Source: Pirellulales bacterium
GTDB taxonomy: Bacteria > Planctomycetota > Planctomycetia > Pirellulales > UBA1268
Direction of reading: 5' to 3'
DNA length: 64,000 nucleotides
Assembly (NCBI GenBank): GCA_028066355.1
Contig: JALCBP010000008.1
Location: forward strand, 596 to 64,595
Both the position numbers and the translations under genes were made by a program. Below are positions 1 to 9,578 of this stretch, one piece after another. The first letter of the stretch is position 1; every line of letters begins with the position of its first letter. A model generated the notes under the pieces. That model saw only the letters and a program-made list of their open reading frames with translations, was not told where the DNA came from and did not search any database.

Positions 1-809
1 ACGCACTCAACTGCGAAACTGGTGACACAAAATGGCATGTTGACTTTAAGAAACGCTTCGATTCGCCAATGCCAGCATTTGGTTTTGCGTCTTCACCGCT
101 CGTACACGGCGATGCAATTTTTGTACAGGCTGGAGGGGGATTCATCAAACTCAACAAAACAACTGGAGAAACTCTCTGGAGAGTTGCAGTCGATGGTGGT
201 GGAATGTTTGGGAGTACGTTTAGCTCTCCCGTTATGACAACGCTTGAAAATAAAAATATCCTTCTTGTACAGACGAGAAAGTCACTTAAAGGAATCGATC
301 CTCTAACGGGTGAGGAAATGTGGTCGCAAGATATCGAAGCCTTTCGTGGCATGAATATCCTGACACCTACTGTTCATGATGGCACTATTTTTACAAGTGC
401 TCATTCTGGCCGCTCACAACTCTGGAGACATACCGGCCAGAGTCCTTCACTTGAGGAAATCTGGTCTGGGAAATCTCAGGCCTATATGTCATCACCAGTT
501 GTCATCACTGGCCATCTTTATCTCCACCTAAGAAACCAACGGATCGTTTGTATAAATTTAGAAACGGGTGAAGAAAATTGGAGAACGACTCCTTTCGGGA
601 AATATCAGAGCATGGCCGTTTTGGATAACAAAATTCTCGCACTTGATGAAACGGGTGAATTACTACTAATTCGCGCCAATCCAAATAAGTTTGACCTCAT
701 CGATAGACGACGTATCGCTCAAAATAATACATGGGGGCATATTGCTGTGAGTAAGAATCAGATATTCATACGCCGACTTGACGGCCTGGCTGTCTACAAC
801 TGGCAATAG
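1..809 (+). CDS. PQQ-like beta-propeller repeat protein (5' end outside the window)
   Basis: The frame is open from nt 3 (ALNCETGDTKWHVDFKKRFDSP precedes the listed Met at 69). Blade motifs recur: LNKTTGETLWRV, IDPLTGEEMWSQ, INLETGEENWRT. Confidence 0.8.
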   Translation, partial: ALNCETGDTKWHVDFKKRFDSPMPAFGFASSPLVHGDAIFVQAGGGFIKLNKTTGETLWRVAVDGGGMFGSTFSSPVMTTLENKNILLVQTRKSLKGIDPLTGEEMWSQDIEAFRGMNILTPTVHDGTIFTSAHSGRSQLWRHTGQSPSLEEIWSGKSQAYMSSPVVITGHLYLHLRNQRIVCINLETGEENWRTTPFGKYQSMAVLDNKILALDETGELLLIRANPNKFDLIDRRRIAQNNTWGHIAVSKNQIFIRRLDGLAVYNWQ

Positions 810-878
810 TCTGGACATCGAATCTCGAGAAGTCCACGCGACGAGAATTCAAGATGATTAAAGCCAGAATATCGTTAA

Positions 879-1844
879 TCAATGAGTGATACGCTTAGCA
901 GGCTTTAACGTCTCTGAAGGTGATTCTCCGAATCTTTCTGCGTATTCACGTGAAAATCGGCCTGCGTGCCCATAACCCACTGCCTTACATACTTCACTAA
1001 CTGAACGAAGATTGTCTTTTTGTGCCTTGAGTAACTCACGAGCTTTATCAAGTCGCATCGTTTTAAGCATCTGCTTTGGGCTCATGAAATAGTGATCCAC
1101 AAAACCTTTCTGAAGAGTCCGAACACTCACCCCCGCCACTTCTGCAATCTCACCCACTGTCAGTTCGGAGGAGAGATTATCGCTAATGAATGTACGGATT
1201 GTCGTTATCGGCATATGCCCTATTCGCCCGCCTTCGTAACCACCTGTCGCCCATTCACGAATTCCGTCGGAGACACAGGCCGCAACGGCTGATTCAAGAT
1301 GGCTGAAAAAGCTTGGCAATCGTTTTGTACCAACTGCACCTGTTGCCCAATCATCTAAGGACTCAGCAAAACCAACGAGCGTCTGCTTTAAAACATTTCT
1401 ATAGGGACCCTCCAGCGTGTAGCCGCATCGCCCACGAAAACCCTCAGGAAGTGACTTATGCACCAACGACATATCAAGTCCATAAAAAAAGGCCTGCGTC
1501 GGTGTAGAACGAAATGTTAAATCCTCCCAGGGTGCCTGAAGTACAGCTCTTGTTGTATCGGCAGTGAATCCATGCCCATTGATTTCAACTTCAATATGCC
1601 CATTGAGGGGCAGAATAAGCCAGTATCGCTCTTGAGGAATTCTTGATTCTGCGTGGACACCTGACGTACATGCTAGATAGCCCAAAGAAGATCGTCGCAA
1701 ATCCGCTCGATTGTGGAGAAGGTGATACTTTTTCTTACCAATGACGCGACTTTTGTATGGGCCCCATACAGAAAACTGTTTTTTCCTGGCATCATAAATA
1801 TCTTTTGAATCAACAAAGGGGTAACTTTTTAGAAGGGACTTCAT
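879..1844 (-). CDS. AraC family transcriptional regulator
   Basis: C-terminal double HTH typical of AraC/XylS (LTVGEIAEVAGVSVRTLQKGF ... SVSEVCKAVGYGHAGRFSREYAERFGESPSETL). The N-terminal part looks like a cupin-type sensor domain. Confidence 0.85.
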   Translation of the reverse strand: MKSLLKSYPFVDSKDIYDARKKQFSVWGPYKSRVIGKKKYHLLHNRADLRRSSLGYLACTSGVHAESRIPQERYWLILPLNGHIEVEINGHGFTADTTRAVLQAPWEDLTFRSTPTQAFFYGLDMSLVHKSLPEGFRGRCGYTLEGPYRNVLKQTLVGFAESLDDWATGAVGTKRLPSFFSHLESAVAACVSDGIREWATGGYEGGRIGHMPITTIRTFISDNLSSELTVGEIAEVAGVSVRTLQKGFVDHYFMSPKQMLKTMRLDKARELLKAQKDNLRSVSEVCKAVGYGHAGRFSREYAERFGESPSETLKPAKRITH

Positions 1845-2119
1845 ACCTGATCACTGGCTATAAGGAATATGTTTTAGAAACTATCTCTTCGATTTTACTA
1901 CGAACGTATTAAGGATAAAGTTATCTTCTTCTCCTTTTTTACAAACGGTGATACTTAGCTCACATTTCGTATTTCGGATAATTAAAGCTGCCACCAACGG
2001 CACAAAAAAGGTGCTGTAGTATTTGCCACGCCCCACGGTTCGACTTGTTGTTAACTGCGGGTGCCCCTAATTCGGCTTGGCAGTGGGCGAAGACACAGTC
2101 CAGCCATCTCAATTCAAAG

Positions 2120-2137
2120 AAAAGTCTGTCGACTTTT
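2120..2137 (-). terminator. AT-rich hairpin just downstream of the GH16 stop (weak intrinsic terminator candidate)
   Basis: AAAAGTC (2120-2126) and GACTTTT (2131-2137) form a 7-bp stem with a 4-nt loop. On the minus strand it is followed by CTTTG. Confidence 0.35.
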
Positions 2138-2151
2138 ATTTTCAACATTGG

Positions 2152-3147
2152 CTATTTGTTAGTACCGAACACATGTGTGTCATAAACCCGGACGTAATCC
2201 ACCAACATTTCTGATGGCATCTGGCTATCTTCTGCAGGACCCCCTGCCCACTCTGCATTTCTCAATGCGTAGTTAAGAATAATACGAGCGTTCATATTTG
2301 CTGGAACATATCGCTCCCACTGTACATCAGGGACTTGACCATACGTTCTGTTATGAACGGTGCCCCCTTGGAATACGAGATAGGGCTCAGACTTCCAGGC
2401 TGGTCCGTTTTGGACAAGGTACCACTTCATTGCATCGTCTGTAACGTGTAAACCAAATGTAATAAATGAATAGAAATCGATATGGGAGTGATCAACTTTG
2501 ATGCCTTCACCAAAATGTGCTTTGAATCGCTGTTCATTAACAAAAAAATGATCCTCAGATCGTTTCTTCACATTTTTCACATCCACGGCTTTGGGAACCT
2601 CACTTTTCCGGAAATCATGCCACCACAGGCCACTCCAGAAACGAGTCTTTTCGCGGTTTCCAATAAATTCAAACATATCAATTTCGAGCAGGTCTTCTGG
2701 CTTCCAATCACCCACCTTGTTGGACATTGTCCAAAAGGCCCCGTAACCACCATTGTTGCTCGGTAACTTACAGCGAAGTTCGAGATACATATTGTTTTTC
2801 AGCGCAAATTCGCCATGCGTGTGAATGCCTCCGGAAGAGTAATTAAATGTTTTTTCAGAGGTCCATGTTTTACCAGTAATAGGAGGGCTTTCTCTTCGCT
2901 GCGTGAAGACGAGAAGACCATTACGAAACGAGATATTCTCTTTCGTGTAGGCACAATCTACTCCTGTGTTCTGCACATTTTTTTCGTTAATTCCAAAACC
3001 CCACATATCAGTATCAAGTGCTGCTTCATTAAATTCATCACCAAACACAAGTATCGAACCAGGAGGGCCTAGGCTACTGATGTCCTCGGAATAAACTCTT
3101 GAACAACAGACCGCAAACAGCCCACAGAAAACAAGTCGCAGCACCAT
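2152..3147 (-). CDS. Secreted glycoside hydrolase family 16 (beta-glucanase/galactanase type)
   Basis: N-terminal signal peptide (MVLRLVFCGLFAVCCSRVYS). GH16 catalytic signature E-I-D-M-F-E in LLEIDMFEFIG, preceded by GAFWTM. Confidence 0.8.
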   Translation of the reverse strand: MVLRLVFCGLFAVCCSRVYSEDISSLGPPGSILVFGDEFNEAALDTDMWGFGINEKNVQNTGVDCAYTKENISFRNGLLVFTQRRESPPITGKTWTSEKTFNYSSGGIHTHGEFALKNNMYLELRCKLPSNNGGYGAFWTMSNKVGDWKPEDLLEIDMFEFIGNREKTRFWSGLWWHDFRKSEVPKAVDVKNVKKRSEDHFFVNEQRFKAHFGEGIKVDHSHIDFYSFITFGLHVTDDAMKWYLVQNGPAWKSEPYLVFQGGTVHNRTYGQVPDVQWERYVPANMNARIILNYALRNAEWAGGPAEDSQMPSEMLVDYVRVYDTHVFGTNK

Positions 3148-3347
3148 GCCTGATTACTTCTAGTAAAGTTTGGATAAAATTTTTTAAGAAACACTGATCC
3201 CCGCATCTAAATCAAAAATTATGGGTGATCTAGTGGAGCACAAACATTTGACTCTTCAGTACGTTTGACCACACCTTCTATCTGGTTTCAACGTACTACA
3301 ACGGCTAAAGCATACGCTGAAAACCTGATCCTTGCCCAAGATTCCAT

Positions 3348-3896
3348 TTACTTCTCTAGAAAATCTGCTTCGTATTTTCTGTACAAGCCAAGTGTTCGAC
3401 CAATCCAATAAATTACAGGAAATACAAACTGCTTCATAGCACGAGGAACGTCAAGAACATCGAACTCTCCTCTATATTGTATTGAGAGATATGCAGCATC
3501 AAACAATCCAGGAGTATTTGTCCTCCGTCCGGATGTTGATAAAAAAAGTATTGTCATATAACGCTGCAAATTCCCTGCTGGTTTTGCCCAAGAAACGAGT
3601 ATGAGTTCCTCATCGCTACAATTCCAAAACCTGTGTGGGACTGACTTCTCGAAAACCGTGCTTTCTCCCACTTGAAGATGATGCACATCAGAGCCTGAAG
3701 TTTGGTATGCCATGACTCCCTGCTTTACTTCAAAACCTTCTTCCTGCTGTAGATGGACGTGCAAAATTGGTCCGCAACCAGGTTGAACATAACCCTCAAA
3801 TAGAATCCGATCGCCATCCGGCTCCTGGACACATTCAACAAAGCGAACCATCTCACCATGACCGCTATTAATTGTTTGCGGAAGGCGTAACTGCAT
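3348..3896 (-). CDS. Cupin domain protein
   Basis: Exact cupin motif 1, G-x5-H-x-H-x4-E-x6-G, in GCGPILHVHLQQEEGFEVKQG. Size is 182 aa. Confidence 0.7.
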   Translation of the reverse strand: MQLRLPQTINSGHGEMVRFVECVQEPDGDRILFEGYVQPGCGPILHVHLQQEEGFEVKQGVMAYQTSGSDVHHLQVGESTVFEKSVPHRFWNCSDEELILVSWAKPAGNLQRYMTILFLSTSGRRTNTPGLFDAAYLSIQYRGEFDVLDVPRAMKQFVFPVIYWIGRTLGLYRKYEADFLEK

Positions 3897-3969
3897 CTTC
3901 TTCCTTTCAAACCTGATATCTTACTTACTGGAACAAAACATCGCTATTGCCTGCCGAGGACATAATTCC

Positions 3970-5421
3970 ATGAGAGCAACATTCTTTCTCATCATTTTCT
4001 TCAATGTGACTTATTCAGTTGCTGATGATCGTCCAAATATTATTTTCCTGATGACTGATGATCAAAATGTGAGATCACTGGGCTGCTATGGAGCCCCAGG
4101 CGTCGAGACACCAAACATTGATGCCCTTGCAGCTGATGGAGTGGCGTTTGATCGACATTATGACACCACCGCTATCTGCATGGCATGCCGAGCAACTGTC
4201 ATGACTGGTCTTCTGGAATACCGTCACGGGGTCAACTTTGGTACTGGTACAGTGGGTGACGGGCAGATGAGAAAAGAAGACTGGGAACAGAGCTACCCGA
4301 TGCTTCTTCACAAAGCCGGCTACCGCACTGCGTTCGCCGGGAAATTTGGTTTTACAATCGAAGATACATCCAAAAGTGGTCGATATCCAGAAGATGATTT
4401 CGACATGTGGGGGGGTGGTCCTGGACAAACATCATTTATCACTGCACGAAATAAATCGATGGTGCAATATGCAAAAAACTACCCTCATTCAACTCGATCC
4501 TATGGGGCCTTCGGAAGCGACTTCATAAAAGAATCAGCAAAGAAAGACCAGCCATTCTGTTTATCCATAAGTTTCAAAGCACCCCATCGGCCGGTTCAAC
4601 CAGACCCACTCTTTGATGATATTTATGCCGGAGCACTTTTTCCGAAACCAGAAAATTTTGGCCGCGAGCATGGAATGCATTTCCCAGAACAGTCGAGGCG
4701 AGGACGACAATATCAACGATTTGAAGAGTGGCACTACAACGATGCTTACGACGAAGTTATGGCAAAGTATTACCAACTTATCTACGCCGTCGACGTAGCA
4801 ATTGGCATGATTCGTGAGGCTGTTGAAACTGCCGGCGTAAAGCACAAAACTCTGATCATCTTCACTTCTGATAATGGCTATCTCTGCGGAGCTCATGGAT
4901 ATGGGTCAAAAGTGCTGCCTTATGAAGAAAGCTCACGAGTACCTCTCATTATCTATGACCCACGCTCTGAAAAAAAAGCTGGTCGCTGCAACGTTGCGAC
5001 TGGCAACATAGATCTAGCAGCAACGATTCTCGACGCGGCACTAGGCAGGCCTAATCATGGAAATGGAACCAGTCTACTCAAGCACTATGTAAACAATAAT
5101 AATCCGAAGCGGGATCGTATCATTCCACTTATCAATGTATGGGGGCCAGAACAGGTCTTTAGTCTGGGCTTTGTAAAAGGTGAGTGGAAATATATTTACT
5201 GGCCATACACCGGCGACGGAATGAAGGCCACGGCAGAAATGTACAACCTCAAAGAAGACCCGCTTGAACTACATAATCGAATCAACGACAACGCGACTCG
5301 AGACATTCGCGTACAGCTTGAAAAAGATTATGCCAATCTCATTCACGATTGGACACAACAAGCTATTGATCGCCCCCATTACAAAAAAGCGGCGACTCTT
5401 TTTACTCCAAAAGGAATGTAA
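3970..5421 (+). CDS. Secreted sulfatase (formylglycine-dependent arylsulfatase family)
   Basis: Signal peptide, NIIFLMTDDQ metal-binding N-terminus, active-site region AICMACRATVMTG, GKFG, SFKAPHRP, FTSDNG. Confidence 0.9.
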   Translation: MRATFFLIIFFNVTYSVADDRPNIIFLMTDDQNVRSLGCYGAPGVETPNIDALAADGVAFDRHYDTTAICMACRATVMTGLLEYRHGVNFGTGTVGDGQMRKEDWEQSYPMLLHKAGYRTAFAGKFGFTIEDTSKSGRYPEDDFDMWGGGPGQTSFITARNKSMVQYAKNYPHSTRSYGAFGSDFIKESAKKDQPFCLSISFKAPHRPVQPDPLFDDIYAGALFPKPENFGREHGMHFPEQSRRGRQYQRFEEWHYNDAYDEVMAKYYQLIYAVDVAIGMIREAVETAGVKHKTLIIFTSDNGYLCGAHGYGSKVLPYEESSRVPLIIYDPRSEKKAGRCNVATGNIDLAATILDAALGRPNHGNGTSLLKHYVNNNNPKRDRIIPLINVWGPEQVFSLGFVKGEWKYIYWPYTGDGMKATAEMYNLKEDPLELHNRINDNATRDIRVQLEKDYANLIHDWTQQAIDRPHYKKAATLFTPKGM

Positions 5422-5424
5422 AGA

Positions 5425-6378
5425 ATGAAGCATGTAATGCTTATTTGTATCGTCTTGACGTGCTCGGCAACTCATGCTGAGCTTCCTCAGTTCGACAAGG
5501 GTCCGCGACCAAAAAACTTTAATGAACTGCGGGAATACTACGCCAGTCGTGGCCTGCGTATCGTGCACAAAAAACTTACAACACCTGCTGATGTGCAGCA
5601 AACAAATGATGTCATCTACTCTGAACGGCCTGGTCGCCCACTACACATAGACACCTTTGTTCCGAAAAAAGTAAACGCAACAAAATCAGTCGTGATACTC
5701 GTGCACGGGGGTGGCTGGAAAAAAGGGAATCGCTCCGGCGAGCACACAAAAGCTGCATGGTTTTCCAGCCGTGGCTACGTAGCTGTGTGCCCTGAATATC
5801 GACTTTCGGGTGAAGCCACATTCCCGGCCGCAATCCATGACCTGAAAGACGCCATCCGATGGGCCCGTTCACACGCTGCTCAGTGGGGTGCGAACTCTAA
5901 CAACATTATACTCATGGGATTTTCGGCCGGTGCTCATCTAGTTGCACTTGCAGCGACAGCCGGCCCTGAAGCCGGACTCGATCCACCAGATAGCCGAAAG
6001 CTTTCGAGCTCCGTAGCCGCATGCATTGCTGTCGCGGGGCCGTCGATAACTAACGACGAACGCACTTTTCGAAATGCGAGAGCACCCGGTTCGAATTATC
6101 AATTATTTTTTGGTGGACTTCCAGAAACTATTCCAGACGTTTACGAGCGAGCCTCACCAGCCCATTGGGTATCAGGAAATGAACCACCCATGCTTTTTAT
6201 CACAGAAGGCAATCCTGATGCTCATAAGACGATTCGCTCAAGATTGGACAAGGCAGGGGTGCGGAACGAGGGGTTCAACCTAACGGGTGGAATCCATAGT
6301 GAATGGAATTGGGAACCGTGGTTTACTCCAACAATGGAAGAAACTGAAAAGTTTATCCGCTCAGTTTTCACACCTTGA
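5425..6378 (+). CDS. Secreted alpha/beta hydrolase (esterase/lipase fold-3 type)
   Basis: Signal peptide, HGGGW oxyanion motif, GFSAGAHL nucleophile elbow (GxSxG). Starts 3 nt after the sulfatase stop. Confidence 0.85.
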   Translation: MKHVMLICIVLTCSATHAELPQFDKGPRPKNFNELREYYASRGLRIVHKKLTTPADVQQTNDVIYSERPGRPLHIDTFVPKKVNATKSVVILVHGGGWKKGNRSGEHTKAAWFSSRGYVAVCPEYRLSGEATFPAAIHDLKDAIRWARSHAAQWGANSNNIILMGFSAGAHLVALAATAGPEAGLDPPDSRKLSSSVAACIAVAGPSITNDERTFRNARAPGSNYQLFFGGLPETIPDVYERASPAHWVSGNEPPMLFITEGNPDAHKTIRSRLDKAGVRNEGFNLTGGIHSEWNWEPWFTPTMEETEKFIRSVFTP

Positions 6379-6400
6379 TCTGCTAGGGGCATTCAACAAT

Positions 6401-8707
6401 TCATTCACAGTTTTCATGCGAATTACCTGACTTACGTTCTCTAATGCCGTGTGATGTTTCATTCATCACATGACAAACACCTGTAGTAACGTCATATAAC
6501 ACACCCACGACCCCAACCTGACCAGACTCAACGAGTGCTGAAATTGCTGTACTCTTTTGAAGAATTTCACGAACAGAGCGTTGTACGTTTAGCCGAACAA
6601 TGCTTTCAATTTCAGCTCCATCCCTGGCGGTCTCCTTCTTATTGAACACCTTCAGATTACCAGCATTGTTCTCACGAACAACTGACTCAAGGCCTTGGAC
6701 AATAGGCCTTAAAAATTCACACTCGCGAATATATGGAGGCTGTTTTCCACGTGCGGTATCAATAGCTGCCTGCACAGCGACACAACGATTGTGCCCAACA
6801 ACAACAATCAACTTGGCGCCTGCCCCTACACACCCAAACTCAATACTTCCAAGCACATCTGGTGTTACGATGCTCGCTGCTACGCGCACATTGAAGATAT
6901 CGCCAATGCCCAAATCAAAAATAATCTCTGCAGGAGTACGTGAATCTATACCGCTCAGTACAACCGCCATGGGGTGCTGGCTTTCAGCAGTAGCTGATAT
7001 AAGCCGATTGGAGTCACGTTCGAGACGACGACCCTCTTGGAACCGTTTGTTACCTGCAAGTAAATAATTCAACACTGCGTCTGGCGTTGAATGTTCCTGT
7101 AATTCACGGCTTGAAAAATCGACGAACTCAATCCGGTCTTCAATTGCATACTTATCTCGAAAGCCTCGAGTACTAACGTGTACTCCACGGGCAGGACCTA
7201 TGACATCGCGGTATTCTCTAATCAAAGAAAGAATATCCGGATCTATGTATACGGCGTCGTGAGCATCGACTACAAAATGCTTTCCTGATTCAATATCGTC
7301 GAATGCCTTCCGCAATCCAGCTCTATTCAAAAAACTAACCTGACTTGCTAGCTGAATCCTCGTTACGTCACCACCGAGGTGATGTTCTACTACCAATCGC
7401 ATTGGCTTTCGAAGATTGCTCCAGAGAATAAATATGGTGCTCACTGCAAGGCCAATAAGAATTCCAATAAGTGGATCCGTGAGAACTATTGCGAGTACCG
7501 TAACGAGCCACGGAATAAATTGATATCTACCAGCGCGATAAAGCTCTGCTACGACCTGAGGACTTGCCAGTTTCAGACCCGTGGCAATCAAAATGGCTGC
7601 GAGTGCTGATAGCGGTATGAGATTGATGGCCTGTGGGACAAGCATAACCGCAATTGCCAAGAGAGCTCCGTGCAAGATCGTAGAAATCTTTGTTCGGGCG
7701 CCTGCATCAATGTTCACACTTGATCGAACGATTTCGCACGTCATTGGTAGCCCTCCCGCCATTCCGGAAACAATGTTTCCAATACCTTGGGCTATGAGTT
7801 CCCGGTTCGGGGATGTGCTTCGCTTCTCTCGATCAAGCCGGTCAACGGCTTCCAGTGTCAGAAGCGCTTGTAGCGATCCGACGAGCGCTATGGTAAGTGC
7901 GGCGGAAAAAACTACCGGATTCGTAATCTGACTAAAATCCGGATTCGGCAGTAATCCAAAAAAACCACGAATTGTTTCTGGCAAAGGAACCTGTACTTTG
8001 TGACTCGCCGTGATAATCCACGTGCCACCAAGTTGATCAAACCCAAGGCTGCAAAGTACTCCAAAGAGAACAACAACCAGCGGTGCCGGAACACCTGTTT
8101 TTTTTAAGAGGGGCACCCTGCCCCAAAAATAGATGATGGCGAGAGACACAAAACCAACAACAATTGCACCCGGATGAAGATCGCCAAGAATCTCCAGAAG
8201 TTCTGAAAACGTGTTTTGTTTGTCCGGCTGAAAAAATGACATTTCCCCCTCTGGATCGGTGTCATGGCCGAATAAGTGGGGGATTTGCTTCAAAATCAGA
8301 ATTACCCCGATTGCAGAAAGTAAACCACGAACAACACTTGATGGCACAAACGACTTAATGAAGCCTCCGCGAATAATTCCCAAGACAATCTGAATAACGC
8401 CAGCAAGAGCTACCGCAACCAACAAACCCTCAAACGAACCTATTGCTGCAATCTCCGCTGCCACGACTGCTGTCAGCCCGGCAGCTGGACCCGATATAGT
8501 GACTTGGGCATTGCTGAGAGGACCAACGACGAGGCCTGCAACAATCCCTGCAACAATACCAGCAAGGGGAGGAGCGTTGGATGCAAGTGCGATGCCAATG
8601 CACAGCGGTAACGCGACCAAAAAAACAACGACTCCAGCCAACACATCGTCCCTAATGTGACCTCCACCGATGGCGTTAGTGTCTTTCAACTGCGCGCTGT
8701 CTCTCAT
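6401..8707 (-). CDS. SulP family anion transporter fused to a STAS domain and a beta-carbonic-anhydrase-like C-terminal domain
   Basis: Multi-TM SulP core, STAS segment (VTRIQLASQVSFLNRAGLRKAFDDI...), then a beta-CA-like segment (LLAGNKRFQEG ... VVLSGIDSRTPAEIIFDLGIGDIFNVRVA ... VVVGHNRCVAV). Confidence 0.9.
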   Translation of the reverse strand: MRDSAQLKDTNAIGGGHIRDDVLAGVVVFLVALPLCIGIALASNAPPLAGIVAGIVAGLVVGPLSNAQVTISGPAAGLTAVVAAEIAAIGSFEGLLVAVALAGVIQIVLGIIRGGFIKSFVPSSVVRGLLSAIGVILILKQIPHLFGHDTDPEGEMSFFQPDKQNTFSELLEILGDLHPGAIVVGFVSLAIIYFWGRVPLLKKTGVPAPLVVVLFGVLCSLGFDQLGGTWIITASHKVQVPLPETIRGFFGLLPNPDFSQITNPVVFSAALTIALVGSLQALLTLEAVDRLDREKRSTSPNRELIAQGIGNIVSGMAGGLPMTCEIVRSSVNIDAGARTKISTILHGALLAIAVMLVPQAINLIPLSALAAILIATGLKLASPQVVAELYRAGRYQFIPWLVTVLAIVLTDPLIGILIGLAVSTIFILWSNLRKPMRLVVEHHLGGDVTRIQLASQVSFLNRAGLRKAFDDIESGKHFVVDAHDAVYIDPDILSLIREYRDVIGPARGVHVSTRGFRDKYAIEDRIEFVDFSSRELQEHSTPDAVLNYLLAGNKRFQEGRRLERDSNRLISATAESQHPMAVVLSGIDSRTPAEIIFDLGIGDIFNVRVAASIVTPDVLGSIEFGCVGAGAKLIVVVGHNRCVAVQAAIDTARGKQPPYIRECEFLRPIVQGLESVVRENNAGNLKVFNKKETARDGAEIESIVRLNVQRSVREILQKSTAISALVESGQVGVVGVLYDVTTGVCHVMNETSHGIRERKSGNSHENCE

Positions 8708-8868
8708 CCTTACTTTTTTCCTTTGAGTAGCAGGAGGCTAAGCAAACAAGATGTATAAGTTAGGGTAAAAAATCAAAATTATTTGGTGCCGGAGGAGTGA
8801 GTCGAATATTCTTTTTGTGCGAGATGATACTTAAATTACGGTTCTTCACGTGTTCTGCAAGAATCCCA

Positions 8869-8886
8869 CAAATTGCTCAAATTGCT
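8869..8886. repeat. Perfect tandem 9-mer CAAATTGCT x2 in a divergent intergenic region
   Basis: Read directly: CAAATTGCT at 8869-8877 and again at 8878-8886. It lies between the SulP start (8707, minus) and the ORF at 8947 (plus). Confidence 0.6.
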
Positions 8887-8946
8887 TTACACAGATTCCA
8901 ACGTAGAGTTATTAGAACTGGTTTCTTTTCGACAATATATTTTTAG

Positions 8947-9561
8947 GTGTTTTTAATGAAAAGCCCACTTTTCCTTCTCGCCTGCCAAATTCATGCAAAA
9001 CCCCTTTTGCTCACATGCTTCTTTTTGTTGCATGCTCCAGTAATACAGGCAGATCAGTCCAAGACGAGCAAACTCGATAAAGATACGATTTACCGACTCG
9101 ATCTCTTTACGGAAACATTGAAACCACAACTCAAAAAAGACCTCAAAGTCGGGGCTGTATATTTTCGGTTCTCGACGCTATCAGGACATCACGTCTGGAG
9201 TCGCTTAAGCGAAGAGAATGTGTTTGAATTCGCAATGGGTCCGGGATCTGTGCAGCCAGCATGGAGATTTGATATTCGTGAAGGAAAGGAAGATCAACTC
9301 CGGCTACTCGAAGAACGTTCACCCGAACTTTATAAACGACTGATGGTGCAGGGCGCCCGCCCCATGATCAAACTTATGGACAATGGGCGCTGGGATCTTG
9401 ATCTTGCATCCAATGAGGGCCGAGTATTCGATATAGAAACGGGGAATCGTTGGGAATGGCATGGCGGCCGTCGAGTTCGTGTCGTTCATACCGCTGGAAA
9501 AAACTGGAAATACGCTAACCATATGTATTACCCGACATATGCAGTTCACATTGCTTGGTAA
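8947..9561 (+). CDS. Hypothetical secreted protein
   Basis: Hydrophobic N-terminus ending in VIQADQ. I recognise no motif. The start may be the ATG at 8956 (MKSPLFLL). Confidence 0.5.
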   Translation: MFLMKSPLFLLACQIHAKPLLLTCFFLLHAPVIQADQSKTSKLDKDTIYRLDLFTETLKPQLKKDLKVGAVYFRFSTLSGHHVWSRLSEENVFEFAMGPGSVQPAWRFDIREGKEDQLRLLEERSPELYKRLMVQGARPMIKLMDNGRWDLDLASNEGRVFDIETGNRWEWHGGRRVRVVHTAGKNWKYANHMYYPTYAVHIAW

Positions 9562-9578
9562 AGTTGTTAGCGCATTAC

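Noticed and set aside
1960-2148. 62-aa minus-strand ORF starting 3 nt after the GH16 stop
   Set aside because: It spans the AT-rich hairpin at 2120-2137, which looks like the GH16 terminator. It has no RBS and no recognisable features. I cannot support it as coding.
3258-3297. 8-bp inverted repeat AGTACGTT...AACGTACT between the cupin and GH16 genes
   Set aside because: The stem is perfect, but the loop is 24 nt and there is no U-tract on either strand. It could be a weak cupin terminator. The evidence is too thin to list as a feature.
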